This document shows positions 8,818-18,401 of a DNA stretch of 64,000 nt, in pieces. The stretch is from Chitinophagaceae bacterium (lineage in GTDB: Bacteria; Bacteroidota; Bacteroidia; Chitinophagales; Chitinophagaceae): positions 12,930 to 76,929 of the forward strand of contig JAEUVO010000052.1 in assembly GCA_016786885.1 (NCBI GenBank), given 5' to 3'. The position numbers and the translations under genes were made by a program. The first letter of the stretch is position 1; the number at the start of each line of letters is the position of its first letter. The notes beneath the pieces were generated by a model, which did no database searches, had not been told where the DNA came from, and worked only from the letters and a program-made list of their open reading frames with translations.

Positions 8818-9579
8818 TTAAAGGCCCCCCATTACATACATATCGCCGCCTGGCACTGAAGGATTCGGACGGTCTTTCTTTTCAAGAGTGATGGCAAAAG
8901 CATGGGCATTCCGGGCATTTTTCATTCTTACCAGCAGTTTCTTTTGTTTTAGATTATAATCAAGCATTCCCAGGTCAATAGGCTGACCATCTAATAAGGC
9001 CCACAGCTGGTATTGTTTGTCAGAAGCGGGAACCGGGAGATTATTGGCCAGCAGATAAACATCATGAGATGCAGTATCCCAATAAACGGTAGCATATGAT
9101 GCAGGAGAAACTTCCATTCCCTTCATGGAAGCCATTTTCACATTCGGATTCTCCTGTAAAATCCTGATATCCTTTTTCACTTCATCCAGTTCAGCAAGTG
9201 TAAGATCATAATTTCCTTTTAACTTCCTGTTTTCATTAGACAAAGTAATATTCATATAGAGACTGCCGGCGAGCAATATCACACAGGCCGCCACAGCATA
9301 TTTTAACCAACTTATTTTTCTTACTGGCACAGTCTGCATTGGTATCACTCTTCCGGGTTCACTTATCTGGTCAAATATTTTTGCCTTCAGATCGGCTGGC
9401 GGGGCAATAGCATTCTCCATCGCTTGCTTTTCCAATACTGTTTCAAAAGCAATTCTTGCCTGCAGCACTTCGGAATATTGTTCGCATGCTTTTTCAAACT
9501 CCCTTCTTTCCTCATCTGAAGCAAGTCCGAGAACATAGCTCTCTACTATTCCGCTTGATATGTATTTCTGTATGTTCAC
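8818..9579 (-). CDS. Anti-sigma factor, RskA (anti-SigK) family
   Basis: N-terminal YISSGIVESYVLGLAS, one TM helix, LP...DKQYQLWA...LG...FAITLE...G C-terminal domain; directly downstream of an ECF sigma. Confidence 0.9.
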   Translation of the reverse strand: MNIQKYISSGIVESYVLGLASDEERREFEKACEQYSEVLQARIAFETVLEKQAMENAIAPPADLKAKIFDQISEPGRVIPMQTVPVRKISWLKYAVAACVILLAGSLYMNITLSNENRKLKGNYDLTLAELDEVKKDIRILQENPNVKMASMKGMEVSPASYATVYWDTASHDVYLLANNLPVPASDKQYQLWALLDGQPIDLGMLDYNLKQKKLLVRMKNARNAHAFAITLEKKDRPNPSVPGGDMYVMGGL

Positions 9580-9583
9580 TTTA

Positions 9584-10123
9584 TTACTGAATCATTGTTC
9601 TTAGCTGTATCAAAGCACTTCGAATCCTGGTTTTTACTGTTCCCAGTGGAATATCCAGTGCTTTGGAAATTTCTTCATGGGTAAATCCCTGGAAATACGA
9701 CATATCTACCAATATCCTTAATTCGCCTTTTAGTTTTCCTAATACTTTTCTCAGGCCAACATCATCCATCGCAGGCCCGGTTACAGCACCTGCAATTTCA
9801 TTATTTTCAGGCAGCGCCACATTCTTCAGGGAATTGTTATGCCCCTTTGATCTCACCTCGTCAATGGCCGCATTACGGGCAATATTCAGCATCCAGGTAA
9901 AGAGCCTTCCTTTTGATGGATCATATGACTCTATTTTGCGCCAGATATTCACAAAAACATTTTGCAATACATCATTAGCTGTCTCTCTATCTGTCACAAC
10001 TGCATTCACAATGCCATAAAGAGCACCGGAATAGTTATCGTACAAATAGCTGAAAGCTTTTTCATTGCGTTGTTGCAACAAAAACACCAGCTCCTGTTCG
10101 CTGTATGTAGTGTTTAGGTTCAA
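9584..10123 (-). CDS. ECF sigma-70 factor (SigK-like, RskA-linked)
   Basis: AFSYLYDNYSGALYG, DVLQNVFVNIW, FTWMLNIARNAAID, LDIPLGTVKTRIR. Confidence 0.93.
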   Translation of the reverse strand: MNLNTTYSEQELVFLLQQRNEKAFSYLYDNYSGALYGIVNAVVTDRETANDVLQNVFVNIWRKIESYDPSKGRLFTWMLNIARNAAIDEVRSKGHNNSLKNVALPENNEIAGAVTGPAMDDVGLRKVLGKLKGELRILVDMSYFQGFTHEEISKALDIPLGTVKTRIRSALIQLRTMIQ

Positions 10124-10172
10124 GTAATTGGTTAAGATACAATGATTACAAAAATTATTGCATCCTGTTTAC

Positions 10173-10199
10173 TTACGGGGCAAGATGATTTTCGGATTT
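10173..10199 (-). promoter_or_regulatory. Putative autoregulatory ECF promoter AAATCC-N16-CGTAA
   Basis: About 50 nt upstream of the ECF start; -35 overlaps the gcvH stop codon; resembles SigK-type promoters. Confidence 0.65.
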
Positions 10200-10575
10200 A
10201 GCCAACAACAGCTTCATAGGCTGCGGCATCCATAAGGGCTTCTACATCAGCAGGATTGCTAACCGTCATCTTTACCATCCAGCCTTCCCCATAAGGATCA
10301 TTGTTCACCAGTTCTGGGGCATTGCCAAGGGCAGAATTGAGTTCTGTTATTGTGCCGCTTACAGGAAGAAAAAGATCAGACACGGTCTTCACCGCCTCTA
10401 CGGTGCCGAAAACTTCACCTGCTTCGAGTTTTTTACCAATTGTATCTACTTCCACATAAACTATATCACCCAATTCCCGTTGGGCATAGTCAGTAATACC
10501 AATAGTAGCAACATCACCTTCAAGACTTATCCATTCATGATCTTTTGTGTAGCGGAGATTAGCTGGGAAATTCAT
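10198..10575 (-). CDS. gcvH: Glycine cleavage system H protein (alternative start 10581)
   Basis: [32 protein letters not shown] lipoyl-Lys motif, NNDPYGEGW. Confidence 0.97.
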   Translation of the reverse strand: MNFPANLRYTKDHEWISLEGDVATIGITDYAQRELGDIVYVEVDTIGKKLEAGEVFGTVEAVKTVSDLFLPVSGTITELNSALGNAPELVNNDPYGEGWMVKMTVSNPADVEALMDAAAYEAVVG

Positions 10576-10589
10576 ACTCATTGATTTAG

Positions 10590-10615
10590 AGCCTGCCTTT
10601 GCCGGCAGACAGGCT
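10590..10615. repeat. REP-like palindrome AGCCTGCCTTTGCCGGCAGACAGGCT in the gcvH 5' leader
   Basis: AGCCTG/CAGGCT outer arms with an inner TGCCGGCA palindrome; related to the element at 31420-31441. Confidence 0.6.
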
Positions 10616-10790
10616 GCAAACCTAAGGGAAAACTGTGAAAATCAAACTGAGGGATCAATTACCTGTTTTTTATTTCGCCGGAATTTTTACGCCGTTCATG
10701 GCAGGTTTTACACCACTGGTCGGGAAACACTTTTACAAACCTGTGACACAGGGCTACCTTTGTTTTCCTAATCAAAAAAGTGTATTGAAT

Positions 10791-13259
10791 ATGAGAAAGT
10801 TAGTATCGTTTTCTGTGTTTTTCTTAGTCTTAGCCAACCTGGCTATAGCCCAGCAAGTAACTGGTGTGGTGAAAGATCAGCAGGGCAAAGGACTTGCAAA
10901 AGCAACAATTTCCCTTTTAAAGGCTAAGGATTCATCAGTGGTTAAGCTTGTTGTTACTGGCGAGAATGGCCTGTTTTCAGTTAGTACTGGCCAGCCGGGA
11001 AATTATCTTGTAAGTGCATCATATGTTGGTTATGTTCCTGTTTATTCCCAGGTATTTGAATTATCTGGTTCAGGAGCAGTTAATCTTCCTGAGCTTACTA
11101 TCGCAAGGAGCAAAGGAGATTTGAAGGATGTAACCGTGACAGCTAAAAAACCCATAATTGAAGTAAGGGCGGATAAAACAATTTTGAATGTAGAAGGTAC
11201 TATTAATGCTGTAGGAAATGATGCGTTAGAATTATTGCGCAAGAGCCCCAGTGTAATGGTAGACAAAGATGATAACATAAGTCTTGCAGGTAAGAATGGT
11301 GTACAGATATATATTGATGGCAAACCTTCTCCTTTGTCAGGCTCTGATCTGTCAAACTATTTAAAAAGTCTTCAGTCAGCACAAATTGAAGCGATCGAGA
11401 TCATTACAAACCCATCAGCCAAGTATGAGGCTGCGGGTAATGCAGGTATTATTAATATTAAGTTGAAGAAGAATAAATCATTTGGTACTAACGGGTCAGT
11501 TAATCTAGGCTACGTTCAGGGTACTTATCCAAAGTATAATGGAGGGTTGAGTCTTAACCATCGTAATAAAAGTGTTAACGTATTTGGTAATTACAATTAC
11601 AATAACGGTAAATACCTGATGGAGATGAATTCTGACAGGGAACAATTTGATACTTTGTTTTCCCAGCAGAACCGCATGAGATTTCTTAACAATACACATG
11701 GGTTTAAAGCAGGGATTGACTATTTTATCAATAACAAAAGCACATTAGGAGCTGTGGTAAACGGAAACATTGCTGATAACGAGTTCAATACTGCAGGTCC
11801 GATGAAATTTATTTATATACCTACTGGTCAGACAGATCGTATTTTGAAAGCTACGAACAGCAATGATATGAAGAGGGACAACCTGAATACAAACTTAAAT
11901 TACAGGTATGCAGTTACCGGAGGTACAGAGTTGAATATTGATGCTGATTATGGTTTCTTTAAGATCAGGTCAAACCAGTTTCAGCCTAATTATTATTACC
12001 AGCCTGATGGTGTTACCGAGATCAGCAGGGCAATATATAATATGATAGCCCCGACAGATATAGATATTTTTTCCTTTAAAACGGATTATGAACAAAACTA
12101 TAAAGGGGGAAGATTGGGGATAGGAGGAAAAATTGGTATTGTAAATACGGATAACGATTTTCAACGGTATGATGTATTTACATCTGGTAAAGTGCTGGAT
12201 ACTTTAAAAAGTAACCGGTTTAAATACAAAGAGAATATCAATGCCTTGTATGTAAACTACAATAAGCAATTTAAAAAAGGAGTAATGATTCAGTTTGGTT
12301 TGAGGGCGGAGAATACTCATTCAAAAGGTACTTCAACAGGGTTCAGGCAAGTGAATTCCTCTATGATACCATATGACTCTACTTTTAAAAGAGATTATAC
12401 CGATGTGTTCCCCAGTGCAGCAATTACATTCAATAAAAATCCCATGAAGCAGTGGACGATCTCATACAGCCGTCGTATAGACCGCCCGGCTTACCAGGAT
12501 TTGAATCCGTTTGAGTTCAAACTGAATGAGTATACTTTTATGAAAGGAAATACTCTACTGAGACCACAATACACCAATAGCTTTGATATTACTCATATCT
12601 ATAAATACAGGCTGACAACAAAGTTTACCTATAGCCATGTAAAAGATATTTTTGCGCAGATACCTGATACGGTTGATAAAACAAAAGGATTTTTGACCAA
12701 AAGAAATCTTGCTACCCAGGATGTGTTTGCTCTGAATATCAGCTATCCTTTCCAGTATAAATGGTATAGCTTCTTTGCATCATTGAATACAAACTACTCA
12801 CATTATGTAGCAGACTTTGGCGGCGGTGACAGGAAAGTTGACCAGTCAGTTTTCTCACTTACCTACTTTATGCAGAACAGTTTTAACCTTGGTAAAGGAT
12901 GGACCGGTGAGGTAAGTGGCTTATATATTTCTCCCTCAGTATGGCAGGGGCTGATCAGGTCAGAAGCTATGGGTAGTGTGGATGTTGGAGTACAAAAAGT
13001 GATATTCAAAGGAAAGGGTAATGTTAAAATAGCGGTGAGTGATGTGTTGCAAACGATGAGATGGGGAGGGTATACAGATTTTGCCGGCGCTTACAGCAGC
13101 TTTAATGGTGGAGGCGAAATGCCGCAGTTCAAACTGAATTTTAGCTATCGTTTTGGTAACAGCCAGGTAAAAGCAGCCCGCCAGCGTAAATCTGCACTTG
13201 AGGATGAAAAGAAAAGAGCTGAAGGAGGTGGTCAGCAGGGTGGAATGGGTAATCAGTAA
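10791..13259 (+). CDS. TonB-dependent receptor / outer-membrane beta-barrel protein (real start probably ATG 10791)
   Basis: Signal peptide MRKLVSFSV...AIAQ, carboxypeptidase-like N-domain, plug EIITNPSAKYEAAG-AGIINI, YSRRIDRP...LNPF barrel motifs. Confidence 0.9.
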   Translation: MRKLVSFSVFFLVLANLAIAQQVTGVVKDQQGKGLAKATISLLKAKDSSVVKLVVTGENGLFSVSTGQPGNYLVSASYVGYVPVYSQVFELSGSGAVNLPELTIARSKGDLKDVTVTAKKPIIEVRADKTILNVEGTINAVGNDALELLRKSPSVMVDKDDNISLAGKNGVQIYIDGKPSPLSGSDLSNYLKSLQSAQIEAIEIITNPSAKYEAAGNAGIINIKLKKNKSFGTNGSVNLGYVQGTYPKYNGGLSLNHRNKSVNVFGNYNYNNGKYLMEMNSDREQFDTLFSQQNRMRFLNNTHGFKAGIDYFINNKSTLGAVVNGNIADNEFNTAGPMKFIYIPTGQTDRILKATNSNDMKRDNLNTNLNYRYAVTGGTELNIDADYGFFKIRSNQFQPNYYYQPDGVTEISRAIYNMIAPTDIDIFSFKTDYEQNYKGGRLGIGGKIGIVNTDNDFQRYDVFTSGKVLDTLKSNRFKYKENINALYVNYNKQFKKGVMIQFGLRAENTHSKGTSTGFRQVNSSMIPYDSTFKRDYTDVFPSAAITFNKNPMKQWTISYSRRIDRPAYQDLNPFEFKLNEYTFMKGNTLLRPQYTNSFDITHIYKYRLTTKFTYSHVKDIFAQIPDTVDKTKGFLTKRNLATQDVFALNISYPFQYKWYSFFASLNTNYSHYVADFGGGDRKVDQSVFSLTYFMQNSFNLGKGWTGEVSGLYISPSVWQGLIRSEAMGSVDVGVQKVIFKGKGNVKIAVSDVLQTMRWGGYTDFAGAYSSFNGGGEMPQFKLNFSYRFGNSQVKAARQRKSALEDEKKRAEGGGQQGGMGNQ

Positions 13260-13271
13260 TTTAAACTTATA

Positions 13272-13313
13272 GATAACTAAAAACTCCCTGCATGCAGGGA
13301 GTTTTTAGTTATC
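13272..13313. terminator. Perfect 42-bp palindrome, bidirectional terminator between convergent genes
   Basis: GATAACTAAAAACTCCCTGCA|TGCAGGGAGTTTTTAGTTATC is its own reverse complement. Confidence 0.85.
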
Positions 13314-14010
13314 AGTCTTTGTATCTTTTTCGCTTAATTAGTTTCGCTTTTATAATTACGACATTTTCAACCGGCCTGTCCCGGTCAGGTCCTTTACTGG
13401 TTTGTACCGATGCAATTTTATCAACTACTTCTATTCCTTTAACTACCTCTCCGAATACTGTATAATTCTGATCAAGGTGCGGAACACCACCAATTGTTTT
13501 ATACACTTCTCTTTGCGAGGCAGGTATTTTTCTTTTCAATCTGTCAGTTTCAATAGTATCCAAACTTCCATCGGTGTGCACTTTTCCTTGTGTAATGTAA
13601 AACTGGCTGGCACTGCTGGCTTTCTCAGGGTTATTATCCCTTGCGGCGGCAATTACTCCTTTCTTATGAAATAATGATTGTCTGAACTCGGCTGGTATTC
13701 TGTACCCGGGTCCCCCACTTCCAAGCAGCTTACCAGCAGGAGCCGTTTTACTGTCAGGGTCTCCGGCTTGTATCATAAAACTTTTTATAACCCGGTGAAA
13801 GAGCACACTGTCATAAAACCCAACCTTGGTCAGTTTTATAAAGTTGTCCCTGTGCAAAGGAGTGGAGTCAGATAATCTAACTATGATGTCACCATAACTG
13901 GTTTGCAGTAGTACATCTTTCTTTCTGTCTTTTCTTGTTATAGTGCTGTCTGTTTGTGAAAGAGCGGGCAGGCTCAGCAATATTGCTGTTATTATTACCA
14001 GTTTTTTCAT
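13312..14010 (-). CDS. Cyclophilin-type peptidyl-prolyl cis-trans isomerase with signal peptide
   Basis: TPLHRDNF, FHRVIKSFMIQAGDP, SQFYI, HLDQNYTVFGEV. Confidence 0.95.
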   Translation of the reverse strand: MKKLVIITAILLSLPALSQTDSTITRKDRKKDVLLQTSYGDIIVRLSDSTPLHRDNFIKLTKVGFYDSVLFHRVIKSFMIQAGDPDSKTAPAGKLLGSGGPGYRIPAEFRQSLFHKKGVIAAARDNNPEKASSASQFYITQGKVHTDGSLDTIETDRLKRKIPASQREVYKTIGGVPHLDQNYTVFGEVVKGIEVVDKIASVQTSKGPDRDRPVENVVIIKAKLIKRKRYKD

Positions 14011-14019
14011 ACGTATTGA

Positions 14020-14370
14020 TTATTCATCAAAATTGTTTTGCTCAAAATAAAGAAGGATATGGTCTTTCAGAAAACTTTCCTGCTCTGGCATGCTCATGTC
14101 CGGCATTGGCCTGAGTTGTTTAAAATGCGGCCAGCCATCTTCATCTACTCTTTCCAGTTCATAGTAACCACTTTGTGAAAGAAGGCTGCAAACGGCAATA
14201 TGCATCAGGTCTTGCTTTTGTTCTTTGGTAAATTTTTCTTTAATATCACCTAATTCCTGGACACCAATAAGAAACAAAATGGTTTCCATATCAGGTTTTT
14301 TACCAAATCGTTCCGCCAGTTTGGCTTCCAGGTTCCACCAGCGTTGCTGTAAGTCATCGTTCGCTAACAT
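14020..14370 (-). CDS. Conserved-looking hypothetical protein (start probably MLANDD at 14370)
   Basis: FGKKPDMETILFLIGVQELG...KQDLMHIAVC; compact ORF co-oriented with the PPIase. Confidence 0.75.
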   Translation of the reverse strand: MLANDDLQQRWWNLEAKLAERFGKKPDMETILFLIGVQELGDIKEKFTKEQKQDLMHIAVCSLLSQSGYYELERVDEDGWPHFKQLRPMPDMSMPEQESFLKDHILLYFEQNNFDE

Positions 14371-14483
14371 TCCGCAAATATAAATGGCAAATACTGGTAT
14401 TTCCATCCGGCGGAAACACGGATATAACAAATAGATGTAATCATTGCGATCTGCGGTTATCTTTGCGCCAAAATTGATTTACA

Positions 14484-15755
14484 ATGTTGCAGTTACAGGT
14501 GCTTCGTCAAAACCCGGAAGCCGTAAAAGAAAGACTCGCCATTAAATATTTCCCTGACTTGTCATTGGTGGATACGATTCTATCATTAGATGACCAGAGG
14601 AAGAAATTGCAAATGGAGTTTGATAATAACCAGGCCAGGGTGAATAGCACATCGAAAGAGATTGGTGCATTAATGGGCAAAGGGCAGAAAGAGGAGGCAG
14701 AAACAAAAAAACAGGAAGTGGCTGCATTGAAATCAATGTTACAACCTATCTCTGAAAAATTAGGCGAAATAGAAAAACAATTACAGGATGAACTGGTGAA
14801 ATTACCAAACCTTCCTTCTGATAAAGTACCTGCCGGTAAAACCCCGGCTGATAATGTAGTGCTAAGAGAAGGTGGAAGTAAACCAACCCTGGCAGCAGGC
14901 TCTTTACCTCATTGGGAGCTGATCAAAAAATATGATATTGTTGATTTTGAAACCGGGGCTAAAATAACAGGCAGTGGCTTTCCGCTATATAAAGGCAAAG
15001 GGGCAAAACTGCAACGGGCATTGATACAGTATTTTCTGGATTTTAATACAGCTGCTGGTTACACCGAATACCTGCCACCACTGATGGTAAATGAAGCAAC
15101 AGCATATGGAACAGGTCAACTGCCCGATAAAGAAGGGCAGATGTATCATATGCCGGCGGATGGGTTTTATATGATTCCTACTTCTGAGGTACCTGTGACC
15201 AATATTTACCGGAACGAAATTGTAAAGGAAGCTGATCTGCCTTTGAAAATGACAGCATATTCTCCTTGTTTCAGGAGAGAAGCGGGTAGTTTCGGGGCAG
15301 ATGTAAGGGGTTTGAACCGTGTACACCAGTTTGACAAAGTGGAAATTGTTCAGTTAGTACATCCGGCAACAAGTTATGAGGTGCACCAGGATATGGTGAA
15401 TCATGTAGAAAAATTATTACAAAGCCTTGAGTTACCATATCGTATCCTTGCTCTTTGCGGCGGTGACATGAGTTTTACTTCTGCACTTACTTATGATTTT
15501 GAAGTCTACAGTGCAGCACAAGAAAAATGGCTGGAAGTAAGTTCTGTTTCTAACTTCGAGGCTTATCAGACCAACCGCATGAAAATTCGTTTCAAAGATG
15601 AGAATGGAAAAATGCAATTGTTGCATTCACTCAATGGAAGTTCACTGGCTTTGCCAAGGATCGTTGCTTCTTTATTGGAGAATAATCAAACAGCAGAAGG
15701 AATAAAGTTGCCACCCGTATTGCATTCTTATTTTGGAACAGGAATATTAAATTAA
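14484..15755 (+). CDS. serS: Serine--tRNA ligase
   Basis: N-terminal coiled coil, YMIPTSEVP, CFRREAGS, RVHQFDKVE, EVSSVSNF, NGSSLALPR; TATCTTTG -7 element at 14458-14465. Confidence 0.98.
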   Translation: MLQLQVLRQNPEAVKERLAIKYFPDLSLVDTILSLDDQRKKLQMEFDNNQARVNSTSKEIGALMGKGQKEEAETKKQEVAALKSMLQPISEKLGEIEKQLQDELVKLPNLPSDKVPAGKTPADNVVLREGGSKPTLAAGSLPHWELIKKYDIVDFETGAKITGSGFPLYKGKGAKLQRALIQYFLDFNTAAGYTEYLPPLMVNEATAYGTGQLPDKEGQMYHMPADGFYMIPTSEVPVTNIYRNEIVKEADLPLKMTAYSPCFRREAGSFGADVRGLNRVHQFDKVEIVQLVHPATSYEVHQDMVNHVEKLLQSLELPYRILALCGGDMSFTSALTYDFEVYSAAQEKWLEVSSVSNFEAYQTNRMKIRFKDENGKMQLLHSLNGSSLALPRIVASLLENNQTAEGIKLPPVLHSYFGTGILN

Positions 15756-15774
15756 GTAGTTCATGTGTGAATAT

Positions 15775-15804
15775 AAAAAATGCCCCTATCATGGGACATT
15801 TTTT
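15775..15804. terminator. Bidirectional terminator between serS and the metalloprotease
   Basis: AAAAAATG(C)CCC...GGG(A)CATTTTTT. Confidence 0.65.
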
Positions 15805-15826
15805 ATATCATGAGAACGATTCACTA

Positions 15827-16795
15827 TTATGGTTGTGCAAAACTGTTGCGTGGCCCGCCGGTTGCAAATACGGCCAGCATTCTTGATTTTTGGCCAATGC
15901 TGAACATATACATACAGGCATCATCAGTGTAGTCCATATAATTCATGGTCATTTCAACAGGTGTTCCGGAGCAGGTACTTTTGTGACCGGCTGCAGGACA
16001 TCCGTAGTTAGCTGTATTGTGAGTTGGTGTATCACCCACCTGGTCATTGCCACAGGTAGCATCTCCCCAGATATGACGAAGATTCATCCAATGGCCCACT
16101 TCATGTGTGGCTGTTCTTCCTTTGTTGAAAGGTGCTGCGGCTGTTCCTGTTCTGCCGGTTGCATTATCATCTAATACAACACCGTCAGTGGCAGAGTTAC
16201 CACCTGGGAATTGAGCATATCCTAATATTCCACCGCCCATATTGCAAACCCAGATATTGAGTTTTGTGGTTGGGCTGGTAGGTACAATACCCTGAGCACT
16301 TTTCTTCATTGCATCGTTGGTGCTCCAGCTTGTTTTGGTTGTAGACCTTCTTTTTACCTGGTCCAGAACAAACCGTACGCCAATATTTCCGGCTTTAACA
16401 CTGTTGTAAGTAGAGGTAAGATTATAATCAGCATTAGTAGCTGCAAAATCCTCATTTAATACATCGATCTGTGATTGTAACTGTGTTAGTGCAACGTTTT
16501 GTGCAGTAGTTCTGTACAAAACATTAAATACGACAGGAATTTCAATTATTCCATTAACAAGGCGAAATTGCTCTGGGTTAGCAGCTACCCGCTTAGTAAA
16601 TTCTTCAATGGCATCCATCCGTTGACGCAGAGAGGGATCAGCTTTTATTTGTTCCTTTAAAACTTCATCTGCAGCACAATGGCGCTCTGTAGCCACTGCG
16701 TCCTGTTCAGGTAAACCTTCTTCATTAGAAACAGATTTGTTACAACCCATTACAAAAAGGATACCTCCTGCAAGCAATACAAGTGATTTCTTCAT
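15827..16795 (-). CDS. Zinc metalloprotease lipoprotein, peptidase M43 (ulilysin/pappalysin-like)
   Basis: Lipobox-like VMGC, LGYAQFP, GRTATHEVGHWMNLRH zinc motif, NYMDY Met-turn. Confidence 0.92.
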   Translation of the reverse strand: MKKSLVLLAGGILFVMGCNKSVSNEEGLPEQDAVATERHCAADEVLKEQIKADPSLRQRMDAIEEFTKRVAANPEQFRLVNGIIEIPVVFNVLYRTTAQNVALTQLQSQIDVLNEDFAATNADYNLTSTYNSVKAGNIGVRFVLDQVKRRSTTKTSWSTNDAMKKSAQGIVPTSPTTKLNIWVCNMGGGILGYAQFPGGNSATDGVVLDDNATGRTGTAAAPFNKGRTATHEVGHWMNLRHIWGDATCGNDQVGDTPTHNTANYGCPAAGHKSTCSGTPVEMTMNYMDYTDDACMYMFSIGQKSRMLAVFATGGPRNSFAQP

Positions 16796-16876
16796 AAATG
16801 ATTAATTGTTTTAGTGTATGAAAAAAAATGACTTAGTAATTTATCAGAAATTTTTATGATATCTGTAACGGGCAGT

Positions 16877-16903
16877 AAACTTTTATTGCAACATAGTGTC
16901 TGA
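16877..16903 (+). promoter_or_regulatory. sigmaE-type ECF promoter AAACTT-N16-TCTGA
   Basis: Boxes and spacer identical to those at 18402-18428 and 39617-39591. Confidence 0.7.
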
Positions 16904-16953
16904 TTTAGCCGAACCGGTAAAACTACGATGTGTTTATTCTTTACTTTATAATC

Positions 16954-17274
16954 ATGATGTATAAAATTGCTCTTATATTTTTTTTATCCGCATTATTTGC
17001 TTGTCAACGAAAGACTATACCTGTTATCACAGAAAGGAAGGATGCGCCATCCCAAAAACCTGTGCTTGTTATGGAGACAATTGTTGCAGATACAGCCGCA
17101 GGCAGGCAGATATTCATGGCCCGCTGCGGACGATGCCATGGGGTGCCGGATCCATTACAATACACCACTAAGCGATGGGAAACTATCCTGGCATCCATGA
17201 TACCCCGTAGCAGAATTAATACAGAACAGGCTGTACATCTTACCGCATTCATAAATGCTAATGCAGACAGATAG
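16954..17274 (+). CDS. Small monoheme cytochrome c lipoprotein
   Basis: Lipobox LFAC, CGRCH heme-binding motif, W...L..M axial-ligand candidate; start at 16954 or 16957. Confidence 0.8.
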   Translation: MMYKIALIFFLSALFACQRKTIPVITERKDAPSQKPVLVMETIVADTAAGRQIFMARCGRCHGVPDPLQYTTKRWETILASMIPRSRINTEQAVHLTAFINANADR

Positions 17275-17276
17275 AT

Positions 17277-18320
17277 CTAATGTGCAAGGGTCTTAATTTT
17301 CTTATTCATAATATAAAACCAAAGCGGGGGAAGCAATGATAACAGCATCATTCCCGGGTAACCGGTTGGCATTTGCGGAGAGTTATCATGATGTCTAAGT
17401 ACCTGGTATTTCCTGCTGGCCATATAGTGATGATCAGAATGGCGACTCAGTTCGAACAGCATTAATCTTCCAATAATATGATCGCTGTTCCAGCTATGTA
17501 CCGGCATTGCTCTTTCATACTTGCCATCTCCAATACTTTTGCGTTGCAAGCCATAATGTTCTATATAGTTTACTGTTTCTAATAATAAGATGCCGATTAA
17601 GGCAGCTGATAAAAAATATAAAGTAACCAGCCATCCGAAAATAAAAAAGATAATGGCAAGGAATCCTGCCTGGATAATATGAAACATTATCATTTCATTT
17701 TCTAAGGAAAAAACCGGTTTCCCAATTTTCCTCCTTTCATGATTGGCAATATGCCAGGCACTTAGATAACTGAAAATGATAGAGCGGAAATAAAAAGTAT
17801 AAACCATTTCACCATACCGGGCACTGCTGGGATCTTCCGGGGTAGCCACTCTTTTGTGATGCCCTTTATTATGTTCAGTAAAAAAATGCATGTAAAGCGA
17901 TGTAAGTAATAATGCCTTTGCCAATGTCTGTTCAAACTTATTGACCCGGTGTCCTAATTCGTGGCCAACATTAATCCCAAAAGTGCCACATAGTAAACCC
18001 ATTACCCAAATGCGACCCAGGATATCGAATGCGGTGAGATCATTTGATGACATTACTACCAGGAATTTTACCAGCAGACTGTATTGCAGAATGACAATAA
18101 GGTAAAGTAAGAGGTCATATGTTTTGTCCTTTTTGGCAAGTTCTTCTTCGGCAGTACTCATGTTTACCGGGCTTGGTTTTATAAACAATTCAGTAACCGG
18201 TATAATAATCCATGCCCAAACCAACGGCATCCATATCTGCCATCCTGTAACACTGAAAGAATGCCAGGCCCCTATATATATAACCAAGGGAGACAAGTAT
18301 TTAAAGGCCCTGATTTGCAT
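17277..18320 (-). CDS. alkB: Alkane 1-monooxygenase (AlkB family membrane di-iron hydroxylase); start probably MQIRAF at 18320
   Basis: All AlkB His boxes present: HELGH, EHNKGHH, NYIEHYGL, LSRHSDHH; PQMPTGYP. TACTTTTG -7 element at 18347-18340 argues against the 18338 start. Confidence 0.92.
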   Translation of the reverse strand: MQIRAFKYLSPLVIYIGAWHSFSVTGWQIWMPLVWAWIIIPVTELFIKPSPVNMSTAEEELAKKDKTYDLLLYLIVILQYSLLVKFLVVMSSNDLTAFDILGRIWVMGLLCGTFGINVGHELGHRVNKFEQTLAKALLLTSLYMHFFTEHNKGHHKRVATPEDPSSARYGEMVYTFYFRSIIFSYLSAWHIANHERRKIGKPVFSLENEMIMFHIIQAGFLAIIFFIFGWLVTLYFLSAALIGILLLETVNYIEHYGLQRKSIGDGKYERAMPVHSWNSDHIIGRLMLFELSRHSDHHYMASRKYQVLRHHDNSPQMPTGYPGMMLLSLLPPLWFYIMNKKIKTLAH

Positions 18321-18401
18321 ATATTTTTTGATGTTCATTCAAAAGTAAAAAATAAGCTCTCCTTTTTAGCGTTTCTTGTAAGATAAACTTGCATCCTTTT
18401 T

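Noticed and set aside
10635-10790. Long N-terminal extension of the TonB receptor ORF
   Set aside because: It spans the gcvH/TBDR promoter region (TACCTTTG -7-like element near 10756); the signal peptide starts at ATG 10791.
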